DNA from: a virus | Virus record (IMG/VR): IMGVR_UViG_3300035101_000063 | Length of the DNA: 64,000 bases | Reading direction: 5' to 3' (one strand) | Shown: positions 46,982 to 57,396 of the stretch, one piece after another | How positions within the stretch are numbered: the first letter of the stretch is position 1 | Layout of the letters: each line of letters begins with the position of its first letter | Position numbers and translations under genes: made by a program | The notes under the pieces: model-generated | Database searches by the model: none | What the model saw: only the letters and a program-made list of their open reading frames with translations | Told to the model about the DNA's origin: nothing

Positions 46982-47332
46982 ATGAAAAACCTGAATTTAC
47001 TAATCATTGATGATGATGAACAAATTACTCGTATGCTTTCCAGAGTAATGAAAAATACTTGGAAAAGTATAACAGTCAAACATTCCTGTGATGATGGACT
47101 AATAGCTCTTCAAGACGGAAATTTTGACATAATCCTTAGCGATTGGGATTGCCCAAACAAATCAGACGGACTAAAAATAGTTCAACATTCAACAATACCA
47201 TTCGTAATATATACAGCAAACTATACACTCAAATATGATATGCCCAATATACATATTCTTACTAAACCATGCGATGTCTGTGAAATCTATGATGCTCTCA
47301 TTACTGAATGGATCAATAAGTGTTTGACATAA
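46982..47332 (+). CDS. stand-alone response-regulator receiver (CheY-like REC) domain protein
   Basis: 116 aa; LLIIDDDEQITRML...DGLIAL...FDIILSDWDCPNKSDGLKIV...IPFVIYTA...LTKP carries the conserved acidic pocket, phospho-acceptor Asp, Thr and Lys in canonical spacing. Confidence 0.7.
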   Translation: MKNLNLLIIDDDEQITRMLSRVMKNTWKSITVKHSCDDGLIALQDGNFDIILSDWDCPNKSDGLKIVQHSTIPFVIYTANYTLKYDMPNIHILTKPCDVCEIYDALITEWINKCLT

Positions 47333-47342
47333 AACACAATTA

Positions 47343-47642
47343 TTACCCTTTTACTATCTTTTTATTTCCACTTTCATCATCAACTAAAATAACAACATCT
47401 GGAACAAAACAAATAGCTTCTGCAACATTATCACCTTGCTGTGTAGAAACTTGTATTATACATCCTCTTCCGGGAATCTCCATAGCCTTTGTTGACTTCA
47501 TCCATCCTTCATTTTTGGAACTTGCCTTACAAATTAACTGAAAAGTATCTGGATTACCAAATATCTCAACATCAGAAACTTTCTTCCTCAAATCATCAGA
47601 ATTCACAACATTTACAGTCTTCTTTTTACACATCTTACACAT
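47343..47642 (-). CDS. hypothetical protein
   Basis: 99-aa ORF. Confidence 0.45.
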   Translation of the reverse strand: MCKMCKKKTVNVVNSDDLRKKVSDVEIFGNPDTFQLICKASSKNEGWMKSTKAMEIPGRGCIIQVSTQQGDNVAEAICFVPDVVILVDDESGNKKIVKG

Positions 47643-47676
47643 CCTCTCTGTTTCACGTGAAACATCAATTTTTTTA

Positions 47677-47886
47677 TTATCTCTTAAAATAATTTATTAG
47701 AAATCTAACTAGAGCATCTTTCAATCTAGTAATATCCTCAGATGCCTCAACACCATATCTATCCAACATAGCTACACTTCTAGGATTTTTTATCATATTA
47801 TCTGCTAACTTCTCAGCAGCACCATATGAAATACCCTCCATAATTTCTGAACCACTAGACTCTATAATATCCTTCATAATAACCAT
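47677..47886 (-). CDS. hypothetical protein
   Basis: 69-aa ORF. Confidence 0.4.
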   Translation of the reverse strand: MVIMKDIIESSGSEIMEGISYGAAEKLADNMIKNPRSVAMLDRYGVEASEDITRLKDALVRFLINYFKR

Positions 47887-47888
47887 TA

Positions 47889-48188
47889 TTAACCCTTAAT
47901 TGGAGGAATAACACCTGATTTATCATCCGGAAAAAAATAATGTCTTCCTCTTATTGTGCGCCATATTCCACGTTTACCGTTCACAATATGACGTTTTTCT
48001 CTTGCTTCTTCAAGCATAGTATGACCATCAATATTCAATATCTCATACACACTAATCTTTCTCTTCTTCTTTTTATTAACTGGAATTTCTTCAATTTTAC
48101 AAATTCTACCACTACATGGACACCACGGTAATTTTAACATTCCAATAGGTTTTATCACACCAGCAATATTACCAGAAGATATTGTCAT
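47889..48188 (-). CDS. hypothetical protein
   Basis: 99-aa ORF. Confidence 0.45.
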   Translation of the reverse strand: MTISSGNIAGVIKPIGMLKLPWCPCSGRICKIEEIPVNKKKKRKISVYEILNIDGHTMLEEAREKRHIVNGKRGIWRTIRGRHYFFPDDKSGVIPPIKG

Positions 48189-48595
48189 TCTTTTTCCATT
48201 TTATCTTCTTCAATTTCTTTCAAAAAATCGCCACCAAATTCTTCTAATATTTTAGCCTTAACACCTTTTATCTTTTTCATATATAATTTATTAAATTCCA
48301 TCTCTTTTTTGCTATCCATTCTGTCTATTTCTTTTTCCATCTCATTATCAATATCAGATAATTTTCCTTGAAATTTAGAAAGAGCACTGCCTTTCATTCG
48401 CTTTACTATCGACAATGACAACGCAACCAAAGCTTTTACCGAAACAAAATTAGACATATAGTCTTCAATCTTCCAAGCCTCATCAATCTTTTCATCATCA
48501 TTACCTAACTCAGATGATTCACTCATTACATCAGCATCAACCCTATTAACCAGTAACTCATCTATACTATCAGAATATATCTTTAATTTTCCCAT
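48185..48595 (-). CDS. hypothetical acidic coiled-coil protein
   Basis: 136-aa ORF. Confidence 0.45.
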   Translation of the reverse strand: MGKLKIYSDSIDELLVNRVDADVMSESSELGNDDEKIDEAWKIEDYMSNFVSVKALVALSLSIVKRMKGSALSKFQGKLSDIDNEMEKEIDRMDSKKEMEFNKLYMKKIKGVKAKILEEFGGDFLKEIEEDKMEKE

Positions 48596-48604
48596 TTTAC
48601 TCTC

Positions 48605-48928
48605 CTACTCTCCAATAGAACGAAGTACAATCTTCGCACCATTTTTTGTTTTCACAACATCAACGAACTCGAGTTCGTCCATATTTGAAAGTCCTTTTGC
48701 TATCTGATTACTAATAGATAAAGCATGTCTACCTTCGATAAGCATTCTTAATGTTTCTACACCATTTTTATATACAACTTCAAAAATATATTTATCAACA
48801 TCACGTCCTTTAATGGAACGTTCTCCCAAGGATTTTAATGCCCTAAAAAGACGTTTACCTTTGTAAGATAATACATGTTCCTCTTTAACCGGCTTATCAA
48901 TAATAAAATCAGATAATCTATTCCTCAT
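48605..48928 (-). CDS. hypothetical protein carrying palindrome copy 8 in-frame
   Basis: 107 aa; palindrome 48663-48678 encodes ...DELEFVD... Confidence 0.45.
   Translation of the reverse strand: MRNRLSDFIIDKPVKEEHVLSYKGKRLFRALKSLGERSIKGRDVDKYIFEVVYKNGVETLRMLIEGRHALSISNQIAKGLSNMDELEFVDVVKTKNGAKIVLRSIGE
48663..48678. repeat. palindrome ACGAACTCGAGTTCGT (copy 8)
   Basis: Intragenic, near the 3' end of 48605..48928. Confidence 0.9.
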
Positions 48929-48940
48929 TTTACCAATTCC

Positions 48941-49420
48941 TTATCCCATTACCATTCCAACTCTGACTGCTTTGTCACGAGCAGATGTTTTCTTTATTTT
49001 TCTAAACATACGATTCATTGACAAAACCTTAACCGTCCCATCTGCTGTAACAGAAAACCATTTTGAAATGTCTCTTATTTTTGAATACAAATCAACTATT
49101 ACATTATCTTTATCAAATAATCTATTATCGTATCTATACCAAAAACCAAATGCATTTCTTGTCCATTCTGATCTTATAAGAATTGGTATATTTTCATCTT
49201 CTGAAACATAGATATAAATCCTTATTTCACCAACATTTTCACCTTTTTTATTATATAACGGAGACAACATAACCATTACATGACCACCAGGAAAAGATCT
49301 TGGAACAGGAGAAATAAAAGCTCTCTTTGTGAATCTTTTATTGAACCCTTCACGTAAAACATTCATTAGTTTTACAGCAAGTTCTCTTCTCGTCATTGTT
49401 GAAGTATATTGAAATTCCAT
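48941..49420 (-). CDS. hypothetical protein
   Basis: 159-aa ORF. Confidence 0.5.
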   Translation of the reverse strand: MEFQYTSTMTRRELAVKLMNVLREGFNKRFTKRAFISPVPRSFPGGHVMVMLSPLYNKKGENVGEIRIYIYVSEDENIPILIRSEWTRNAFGFWYRYDNRLFDKDNVIVDLYSKIRDISKWFSVTADGTVKVLSMNRMFRKIKKTSARDKAVRVGMVMG

Positions 49421-49433
49421 TATCTATAAATTA

Positions 49434-49991
49434 TCATACAGGATCTAACAATGTAAATTCTGTTATAGCTTCTGGCTGAACCTCTAATTCAGCCAAACTA
49501 ACTTCACCACTTTTGCCATCAAAATCTGATCCAGCTTTATACCGTATTGGAATAGAATTCCAAAGAAGCCATGCTTTACCAGGAAGAAAAATTCCAGCAG
49601 TCATCGGAAATTGAAATCCTTCAGCCACATTTGGAAAAGGACTATCAGATAATCTAATATTCGTAAAATGAAGCAATAACAAATGTCTATTTGTAACCTC
49701 TAGACCAGTTATTGCCCTATACATCCATTCCCACATAGTATCATCAAAACCACGAACACCTCTTGTTAATACTATTGGATCAACTTGTCCTCCAGAATAA
49801 GCATATTTCCGAAACATAGAATTGATCTGTTTTATATTATCAACTTCAGCAGTATATTGTGGTGCTGTAATACTCGAAAAACCTAAAAAGGGTGTCCCTA
49901 AAACCCAAAAAGGAGGCGACAAACTTGGAACTACATCGAATAGCCAAAATTTATGAGTTTGCATAAAATCCAATAAACGATTTCTTGCCAT
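49434..49991 (-). CDS. tail tube protein paralog (gp19-like fold)
   Basis: 185 aa; HKFWLFDV...GFSSITAPQYTAEV...LTRGV...DTMWEW fits the contractile-tail tube pattern. Confidence 0.5.
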   Translation of the reverse strand: MARNRLLDFMQTHKFWLFDVVPSLSPPFWVLGTPFLGFSSITAPQYTAEVDNIKQINSMFRKYAYSGGQVDPIVLTRGVRGFDDTMWEWMYRAITGLEVTNRHLLLLHFTNIRLSDSPFPNVAEGFQFPMTAGIFLPGKAWLLWNSIPIRYKAGSDFDGKSGEVSLAELEVQPEAITEFTLLDPV

Positions 49992-50012
49992 TTATGCACC
50001 TTCATAAAAATA

Positions 50013-50540
50013 TTAAGAATATTTTACTTCAAATTTTTCCACTGCAAGATCTACTTCACCTAAAGAAACATCTCCAGCCGTAGAATCCAAATCTCCATTT
50101 GGTTTAGCACGAATAGCAAAACATTCTCCACACTCAATCCTACGAATATCATCACCAACTGTAGCTGATGTAGCTAAAGCCATCTCAGACCTCTGATAAT
50201 GATATATTATTACATCTGCTCGATATTCCGCACCTTCAACAGATGCCATTACCATATCATAAAATGTAGTATCACGCTTTGTAATACCTCTCATCATAGT
50301 CAATTCTGATACAGTAGGTGGACCAGGAAATTTTTCTGTCCATTTAAAAATACCTTCTCTATATTCAGCTGCTTCCACCGAAATTTCTGGAATTGTAACC
50401 GATTGAAAACCAGCTTGACCATTTGTATCATGACCATCACGATCAGATTGAACTGATGGTTGAAGTGGATCGCCCTCCCCATTATTTGCCACAACATGAT
50501 ATCTAAAACCTTGCATGAAATCTGTATTTGCTGCTCGCAT
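50013..50540 (-). CDS. tail tube protein (T4 gp19/Hcp-like)
   Basis: 175 aa; GFRYHVV...FQSVTIPEISVEAAEYREGIFKWTEKFPGPPTVSELTMMRGITKRDTTFYDM matches the conserved EYREG...PG...L.RG tube signature. Confidence 0.65.
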   Translation of the reverse strand: MRAANTDFMQGFRYHVVANNGEGDPLQPSVQSDRDGHDTNGQAGFQSVTIPEISVEAAEYREGIFKWTEKFPGPPTVSELTMMRGITKRDTTFYDMVMASVEGAEYRADVIIYHYQRSEMALATSATVGDDIRRIECGECFAIRAKPNGDLDSTAGDVSLGEVDLAVEKFEVKYS

Positions 50541-50552
50541 TTCATTAACTCC

Positions 50553-51281
50553 TTATGGCCTATCCATACCAGGAGGCCGACTTTCCCTGCCTATCGATGG
50601 TGCAAAATCAAATACACTTGCTCCCCATCCATTATCAAGAATAAACATTATTCTTCCAGCATCAGTTAATGTACCTGTGCCAACTACTTTAAATTTACAT
50701 CCTGGAGCAACAAGTAAACCAGGTTCTATCCATTCATTAAAACCATTCCCTGTTGTAACAGTTGCACTACCAGCACATACAGCATTCGAATCCCTATCAA
50801 CAACATAAAAAATAACCGCAGTAATACCAGGTGCACTAATCAAAACATCTTTTACTCTGAAACCATTTATTGCAACAGATTCTTCAATATCTATCAATCC
50901 ACCATCTGCCAAATTACAATATCTTCTATAACGCCCTCTCTTTATAGTCTCATTAGAATCACAATCACCCACTAATGTTACAACACCATCAACATCACAA
51001 GTAGCACCAGACGGTGCCCCTGTAATAGTCAAACCATCAGTTGGTACAACTCCACTTATCAATACAATAGTCATACTTCCCGTAGTACCATTATCTACTA
51101 AATCTGCTAAAAGACCCGTTCCACCAGTCCAAGATAATGCGTCACCAACTACAAATGGTCCACTAGCTTCATTATCATAATCAAATGAATATTCTACATT
51201 GACTGGAGCAACACCTGATAAAGAAGCTCCAGTCAAAAACTCATGAATGAGCACATTTGGAATTACCTTTATTAGAGCCAT
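50553..51281 (-). CDS. hypothetical tail protein between sheath and tube
   Basis: 242-aa ORF. Confidence 0.5.
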   Translation of the reverse strand: MALIKVIPNVLIHEFLTGASLSGVAPVNVEYSFDYDNEASGPFVVGDALSWTGGTGLLADLVDNGTTGSMTIVLISGVVPTDGLTITGAPSGATCDVDGVVTLVGDCDSNETIKRGRYRRYCNLADGGLIDIEESVAINGFRVKDVLISAPGITAVIFYVVDRDSNAVCAGSATVTTGNGFNEWIEPGLLVAPGCKFKVVGTGTLTDAGRIMFILDNGWGASVFDFAPSIGRESRPPGMDRP

Positions 51282-51293
51282 TTTAAACCCCTA

Positions 51294-54089
51294 TTAACTA
51301 GTGAGTGCCTTTTGCTGAAATCTGAACACTATGAATTCCGCTGGCTTATTAGGTGCAATCCCTACATCACAAAACACGATACCTTGGTCCACTGTATTCT
51401 GAGGATTATTTGACCGGTCACAAATCACAAAGAATGACTCATCTGGACTATTTCCAGCAAAATATCCTGATTGGTGCAAACCTAACAAGAAAGAAACGAC
51501 CTGAGTTCTTATTGCACTCCATAATGAAGAACCATTGTTTTTAAATACATGCAAATGAGTACTATTAAACACTGATTTTTCAACAAACATGAAAAGCCTA
51601 CGCATCTGAATATATGGCCATTCACCTCCAGAAATATCTAATGTTCTAGCACCCCATACAACACGTCCAGTATTAGCCCATGCTACTAAAGCATTTATCT
51701 TTTCTGGATATATAATACCAACCTGTGTATCAGTCAACTCAACTTCAAGACCAGTTGACCAATTCAAAACACCTTTTTCGGTACCAGCAGGAGCTTCACC
51801 AACATTTCTTATAGTATCAGTCCTTGCGTAAACCCCAGCTACATGTCCACCAACAGGAATATCCTGATTTACTCCACTCACAGGGTCCTTAATCTTGATA
51901 TGCGGATAATACAAAGCAGCATATGAAGTATATTTATTAAGTTGAAATTTCTTCCAATTAACAGCCTCTTGATAACTAAGACCATGAGGAACCGTCAAAA
52001 TAACAAATTTATCCTTCACCAATTCAGCATATGTAATAAGTGCATCAGCAACATTTGTATCTGTCTGAAAATCAGCAGCTACAAGTTGCATCAAGGCATT
52101 TACTTTTCCAAAAGCATATATGCCTTCCTGGTCAACTGCCAAATCTGCACCTACAACATCATCACTAGAAACAGAAGAACCATCAGACCCTCCTGTTAAT
52201 ACCGTTGCTATCTCATCATCTGGATTTGTATAATAATCTGCTGTTTCAGAATATACTCCTGCTGGACCTGCAACTGGATTACCCTCAATTTTCCATGTTA
52301 AATCAACAACACCAGTTGTATAATTAACAGTATTTACACCAGAAACAAGATTAAGCGAAAACTTAGCAGGATACCCAGTTGCTTGGGTATCTGACATTAC
52401 CATATTCCCATCCGCATCATCCTCCAATGCAATTGGAACTGCATATATACAACCAAATTTAATTTCGCTACCAACAGCAACTGTGTCACTTGCCCATGCT
52501 GTAACACTCTGTATCGTAATAAGATCATCAGTTGTAGGACTTATACCTGTAATCTGACCAGTTGTATAATCAATTGTTGCCAACGATCCACCAGAACCAT
52601 CCCATAAATTACCAGATCCATCATCTATAACATGAACAGTTGTAGGTCCAGTAAGAGTCAATTCCATCACAACTGAACCAGGAACAATCTGAACAGGATT
52701 TGATGTATTACCAGGTGATATTACAGATTCTTGACCACTTGCTTGAGCAGTTCCTGTTCCTATCTTTGTTGATGCCTCAATAACAGCATACAAATCACCT
52801 GTTAACCATGTTACAGCCCCACCTGTTAATACACCTGTTATTGTCGTTGCATCATTTGCAGTTATTACTGCAGATGCTCCCTTTGATATATTTACAACAA
52901 TCTTACCAGCTAAATTATCTGCTGCCCCACCACCAGTAAAATTTGCTCCAGAATCTGTAAGAACTACATTATCCGCTGTGGCTGCACCAGTAAAAGATAC
53001 TAAGCCATCAGCCATCTGAAAATCCATATTCAAAGTCTTCTGAAATGGAGCATTTGCCAATGTATATTCCCAAGCCTTTGTTGTTCCGTCATATGCAACA
53101 GGAGGAGTAGAAGTGCTGCCTTGTGGTAATTGAGTATCAGAAATATCCTCAGACGTAATTTGTGTTCCTGCAAGCGCTGCAGGATTCATTCCGTTTCCAT
53201 AATCAACTACTTCGATATAATCAGACCCAGCACCATCAGCATTTATTACTGTAGCAACAAAATTTGGATCCTCTGAATCATCAAATACAAGATCTGCCCA
53301 TGTCTCAACAATTGACCATGAACGATTTGTTGCATCATAATTTACATCTTCTTCAACGATTACTGTAAATCTTGTCCACCTAGCTTCAGCCTGAACAAGA
53401 TAATCATCACTTCCTGGAATTATCCTTACTCTAAAATAATTCCCAGCCAATCCTGGCCATGCCATTCTAAACCTGAATATCGTATAATTATATTCAGCTA
53501 CAATATAATCAGTACTTCCTGTAAATTGACCAGGTGTAGTCAATTCTACATGAATCTCCCCTGTTTCCATATCAACAGAACCAGTACCACCATCAGCTGA
53601 AACACCCGATGCTGTTGTATCTAACGTTAACACACCACTAGCATCAGCAACAAATACGTTTTGATTTGCTGGTGTACCAGAATTTGTAAAAGTCAATGTC
53701 AATGTAGCAGGAACAACCGGAGAATGATCTAATTCCAAATCATAAATCCCTGTTCCTTCAGCAGTATTTGATACATTTTCACTTGATACTGTTGCAGCAA
53801 AATCCCAATAAGCTGTTGCAGCATCACTAGCCACAACCCTAACAAAATACAAAACTTGTCCACCATTAGAGAAAAAAGCAAACGCTTCATGAGCAGATAA
53901 ACCCTTCTCTGTAAAACTTCCAAATCTGTTCGAAAATTCCTGAAAACTTGTCGATATAATTGGTTCATTAACTGGACCTTTGGTAGAAAAACCAATAAGA
54001 CCCAAATTAGATGTTGAAACACCAGTAATCGGACCAGGACCACTAGGAACCTCTTGAATATAGACCCCAGGATATGTGTAATCAGTCAT
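51294..54089 (-). CDS. tail sheath protein
   Basis: 931 aa; N-terminus MTDYTYPGVYIQEVPSGPGPITGVSTSNLGLIGFSTKGP is the contractile sheath signature; lies upstream of the tube genes. Confidence 0.75.
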   Translation of the reverse strand: MTDYTYPGVYIQEVPSGPGPITGVSTSNLGLIGFSTKGPVNEPIISTSFQEFSNRFGSFTEKGLSAHEAFAFFSNGGQVLYFVRVVASDAATAYWDFAATVSSENVSNTAEGTGIYDLELDHSPVVPATLTLTFTNSGTPANQNVFVADASGVLTLDTTASGVSADGGTGSVDMETGEIHVELTTPGQFTGSTDYIVAEYNYTIFRFRMAWPGLAGNYFRVRIIPGSDDYLVQAEARWTRFTVIVEEDVNYDATNRSWSIVETWADLVFDDSEDPNFVATVINADGAGSDYIEVVDYGNGMNPAALAGTQITSEDISDTQLPQGSTSTPPVAYDGTTKAWEYTLANAPFQKTLNMDFQMADGLVSFTGAATADNVVLTDSGANFTGGGAADNLAGKIVVNISKGASAVITANDATTITGVLTGGAVTWLTGDLYAVIEASTKIGTGTAQASGQESVISPGNTSNPVQIVPGSVVMELTLTGPTTVHVIDDGSGNLWDGSGGSLATIDYTTGQITGISPTTDDLITIQSVTAWASDTVAVGSEIKFGCIYAVPIALEDDADGNMVMSDTQATGYPAKFSLNLVSGVNTVNYTTGVVDLTWKIEGNPVAGPAGVYSETADYYTNPDDEIATVLTGGSDGSSVSSDDVVGADLAVDQEGIYAFGKVNALMQLVAADFQTDTNVADALITYAELVKDKFVILTVPHGLSYQEAVNWKKFQLNKYTSYAALYYPHIKIKDPVSGVNQDIPVGGHVAGVYARTDTIRNVGEAPAGTEKGVLNWSTGLEVELTDTQVGIIYPEKINALVAWANTGRVVWGARTLDISGGEWPYIQMRRLFMFVEKSVFNSTHLHVFKNNGSSLWSAIRTQVVSFLLGLHQSGYFAGNSPDESFFVICDRSNNPQNTVDQGIVFCDVGIAPNKPAEFIVFRFQQKALTS

Positions 54090-54115
54090 TTTTTACTCCA
54101 TGTTGCCAAGCCGAC

Positions 54116-54592
54116 CTAACGGCGTTTCTTCTTTTTTTCTTCTTTTTTTATTTCAATATTCGGCAACGCTTCACCCTGGTCAACATCTAAAAAATCACAT
54201 ATATCAACTTTCTTCTCTTCACTCATTTCATCCAATGAAATATTCTCCATTTCACCTTCAGTTAATTCAACTTTAACTTTCGATACTGGAGGAACATCCA
54301 TAGCTATTGTAACACCTTTTTCAGCAATAAGCCTTGCCATTTTTGATTTCTTAATAACATCTTTAAATGTTTTATCAGAAATATTCTTTTTATCTACATT
54401 TAAATCTTTTGGTCTACTCGTCCTACGAAAAAAACCTCTTCTACAAAGCGATTTAAATTCAATCGTAGATTCATCTATAATTTCAACCTTTGTATTAGGT
54501 CTAACAGAAACAGATCGTCCTTTCTCAACCATAACGGGCCTAACAACTCTTCCTGAATAATAATACCAAGACATATCAATTCTCCATTTCAA
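54116..54592 (-). CDS. hypothetical protein
   Basis: 158-aa ORF, Lys-rich C-terminus. Confidence 0.45.
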   Translation of the reverse strand: MKWRIDMSWYYYSGRVVRPVMVEKGRSVSVRPNTKVEIIDESTIEFKSLCRRGFFRRTSRPKDLNVDKKNISDKTFKDVIKKSKMARLIAEKGVTIAMDVPPVSKVKVELTEGEMENISLDEMSEEKKVDICDFLDVDQGEALPNIEIKKEEKKKKRR

Positions 54593-55274
54593 CGCCCATT
54601 TGAACGCTAGAATAAGGATCTGTCATAGCTGGAGAACAAATCCCATCAAATGTGTCAATTTCACCACGCACAGTAAAAGACAACGTCCAAGCAGCAATTC
54701 TGTCAGCAATATCAGCCAATTCTGATGCGTTAGAATATGACATATCTCCTGCATCATATTCTCTCACATCTCCCAAACTGTCAACAACTTTAAAATTAAA
54801 GTATGGCGGTCTCATCTTTTTCATTACATGAGATACCATTCTATTTAATTCTTGTTTCCTTCGTGCATAAATCATAAGGTCAAAACCTATATCATATGGG
54901 TCTGGCCTAATCTGCTCTTCATATTTATTATAACCTATTATGATACCATTATCTCCATATATTGGAATCGCATCCTTAGAAGGAGCACGCCCAACAGTAC
55001 CAGCATATGGTTGCCTATTAAAAGCATCATTCATACTGTTAGATTTAAACACAAAACATGGAAGAATATAATCTTGATAGGCATCTTCAGGAGAATCAAA
55101 AAAAGCAGGAACCTTGTTTTGAAACCTATCTATATCTGTATTTACACCATCAACATCAACTACATATTGCGCTCTAAAATCACCGTCAATAGAATAATAT
55201 ACAATTTCAGCACCAATGGTAAGCATACACCCCAAATCAAAATCCCTAACATCCAAAGTGCCTATTACTGTCAT
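54576..55274 (-). CDS. hypothetical (tail/neck) protein
   Basis: 232-aa ORF. Confidence 0.5.
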   Translation of the reverse strand: MTVIGTLDVRDFDLGCMLTIGAEIVYYSIDGDFRAQYVVDVDGVNTDIDRFQNKVPAFFDSPEDAYQDYILPCFVFKSNSMNDAFNRQPYAGTVGRAPSKDAIPIYGDNGIIIGYNKYEEQIRPDPYDIGFDLMIYARRKQELNRMVSHVMKKMRPPYFNFKVVDSLGDVREYDAGDMSYSNASELADIADRIAAWTLSFTVRGEIDTFDGICSPAMTDPYSSVQMGVEMEN

Positions 55275-55285
55275 TTAATCCTCTT

Positions 55286-55301
55286 GCGAACTCGAGTTCG
55301 C
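55286..55301. repeat. palindrome GCGAACTCGAGTTCGC (copy 9)
   Basis: In the 31-bp gap between 55309..55605 and 54576..55274. Confidence 0.9.
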
Positions 55302-55308
55302 CAAAAAA

Positions 55309-55605
55309 TTAATCAGATGGCTCTTTAACAGGCTCATTATTCTTATCTTTATCTTCATCACTGGATGATTGTACAATATTAGATTCATCATCACAACCAT
55401 CACAATCTATTTCTATCACATCATTCTCTGCAGCTTTATTTATAAAATCATATGCTCTTTCTACTTCATCTCTACTTCTATCCAAAGCTCTACCCATCAA
55501 ATCATTCTCTACTCCCATCAAAGTAATATTCAAATCATCTAACCTACTAACCTTACTACTATTCTTATCAACATTATTAGGATTTATATCAACCGATTTT
55601 GTCAT
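55309..55605 (-). CDS. hypothetical acidic protein
   Basis: 98-aa ORF. Confidence 0.45.
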   Translation of the reverse strand: MTKSVDINPNNVDKNSSKVSRLDDLNITLMGVENDLMGRALDRSRDEVERAYDFINKAAENDVIEIDCDGCDDESNIVQSSSDEDKDKNNEPVKEPSD

Positions 55606-55622
55606 CTTTCACCTCTCAACTC

Positions 55623-56474
55623 TTATTTCAAAAAAGGAGCTAGTTCTTTTGCAAAACCCTCTCCTGATTTAACTACAGACGAATTAATTTTATCAGCTTT
55701 TAATGATAAATTAAATATATTTTTATCACCAGTCTGTATATATTCTACAACCTTTTCCATGCACTTCATAGCATATTTTTTTGTTTCCTTAAAAGCTGGC
55801 CTCCAATGCGCTCTTCCTTTTTCACCATCAAACCCAAATTCCTTTCTAAGTACATTATATCCCAAATCTTCATGAACTTTAAGCCCTATTCCATTTGTTG
55901 TTTCACCAATATCAACATTTGGAATTCCTGACCGTAAAAAATCCAATTCAATCTTACCTCTATTCTTAAATATTCTCTCTTGTAATGCTAAAATTTCATC
56001 TTTTCTTGCCAATCTCGAAACAATTCTAGCATGTGTCGAATTAACTTCAATAGGAACCATATTTGATGGCCAAGGACCATATCTATTTAATACAGATATC
56101 CATTCAGGTGAACCATTATGTGAATTAAAATATAATACTGTTTTTGTAGCATATTCTTCTGTTACTTCTGCATTTTCACCATCTAAATAAATAGCAATTA
56201 CATCATTTTCTTCTTCACTATCTACTATCCCTATTCTCAAATCTTCTGCATATAATTTATCTTTTCCGTCAATACTAATTGATACATTCGCCTTTTTAAC
56301 TTCCTCTACTAAAAAATTTGCTACATCTAGTAAAAAAAAGAAACGAGATTCCTTTAATCTTTTAGGCCATTCATTCTCAATTTCTTTCATTAATTTTATT
56401 GTCTTACTACTTAATGAAAACTGACACAACGTAGATGGCCCATTAGTACATTTATATTTTCTTATTCGTCTCAA
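55623..56474 (-). CDS. hypothetical protein
   Basis: 283-aa ORF. Confidence 0.5.
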   Translation of the reverse strand: MRRIRKYKCTNGPSTLCQFSLSSKTIKLMKEIENEWPKRLKESRFFFLLDVANFLVEEVKKANVSISIDGKDKLYAEDLRIGIVDSEEENDVIAIYLDGENAEVTEEYATKTVLYFNSHNGSPEWISVLNRYGPWPSNMVPIEVNSTHARIVSRLARKDEILALQERIFKNRGKIELDFLRSGIPNVDIGETTNGIGLKVHEDLGYNVLRKEFGFDGEKGRAHWRPAFKETKKYAMKCMEKVVEYIQTGDKNIFNLSLKADKINSSVVKSGEGFAKELAPFLK

Positions 56475-56476
56475 AA

Positions 56477-56803
56477 CTAACCAAACAAATCCGTTACTTG
56501 GAATGTTGCTGTATTACCCCTACCAGTCCAACCAGGCATCTCAACATATGCTTGAATTCTATATGGACCTGCCTGGTCAAAATCACCAACCTGAACAACA
56601 TATTTAATACTTGTTGTTCCATAAATAGAACCAACCCATATTTCAACTGTCCTATCTGGCTTTTCAACAATCAAATTTGTAACTGTAGCTCCAGCTTCAA
56701 CTAAATCAACACAAGTATCTACAATTATCTCAGTACCTATATCTCCTATATAATATTTACCATCAAGATCACAATTAGAACAAACTGTAGCCATTATGTG
56801 CAC
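56477..56803 (-). CDS. hypothetical protein
   Basis: 108-aa ORF. Confidence 0.45.
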   Translation of the reverse strand: MHIMATVCSNCDLDGKYYIGDIGTEIIVDTCVDLVEAGATVTNLIVEKPDRTVEIWVGSIYGTTSIKYVVQVGDFDQAGPYRIQAYVEMPGWTGRGNTATFQVTDLFG

Positions 56804-57112
56804 TCCTCTAAATGAAATGCTGATGTCAAAATCAATCCTGGAGATATCATAGAAACCTCCTCTATCACCAATCCTATATTTGATACAATATTGACAGATA
56901 TGTTAAGATTAGATGTTAAATCTACTTCTTTAGTAATTTTTGATACTAAACACAATCTTTCTTCTGACATTGTGATACTAATCCCAATCTAGTAGTAACT
57001 TTTGATACTAATCTTAAAATTTCTCTATAAATTTTTACTATTGCACCAGTAAACCCATAACCTCGAGTAATCAATAATTGCGTTGGACCTAATCCTCTTG
57101 TAACAATCCTAT

Positions 57113-57379
57113 TCATATATTAGATCTTTTCTCTAAATATCCATAAACAATATCATGCATTATTTCTGTTAATTCATCAGCAACTTTTCTAAATTCCTTC
57201 CTTTTTTTTTCTAATTCTTTATTATTAATTCCAGCTCTCAAAATAGACTTTGAAAAATGAAAAATAACAGTATCAAGTTCAGAAGTATCACTTAATTGTT
57301 TAAAAATTTTATTCCATGATATTTTTAATTTTGAATCAATATTTGTTTTTTCTATCAATTCTCTCATATCTTTTGGCAT
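57113..57379 (-). CDS. hypothetical protein
   Basis: 88-aa ORF. Confidence 0.45.
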   Translation of the reverse strand: MPKDMRELIEKTNIDSKLKISWNKIFKQLSDTSELDTVIFHFSKSILRAGINNKELEKKRKEFRKVADELTEIMHDIVYGYLEKRSNI

Positions 57380-57396
57380 ATCAATTCTCCTTTAAC

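Noticed and set aside
54576-54592. 17-nt overlap between 54116..54592 and 54576..55274 as a programmed frameshift site
   Set aside because: The location is upstream of the sheath, not between tube and tape measure where tail-chaperone frameshifts occur, and no slippery heptamer was seen. Ordinary translational coupling is more likely.
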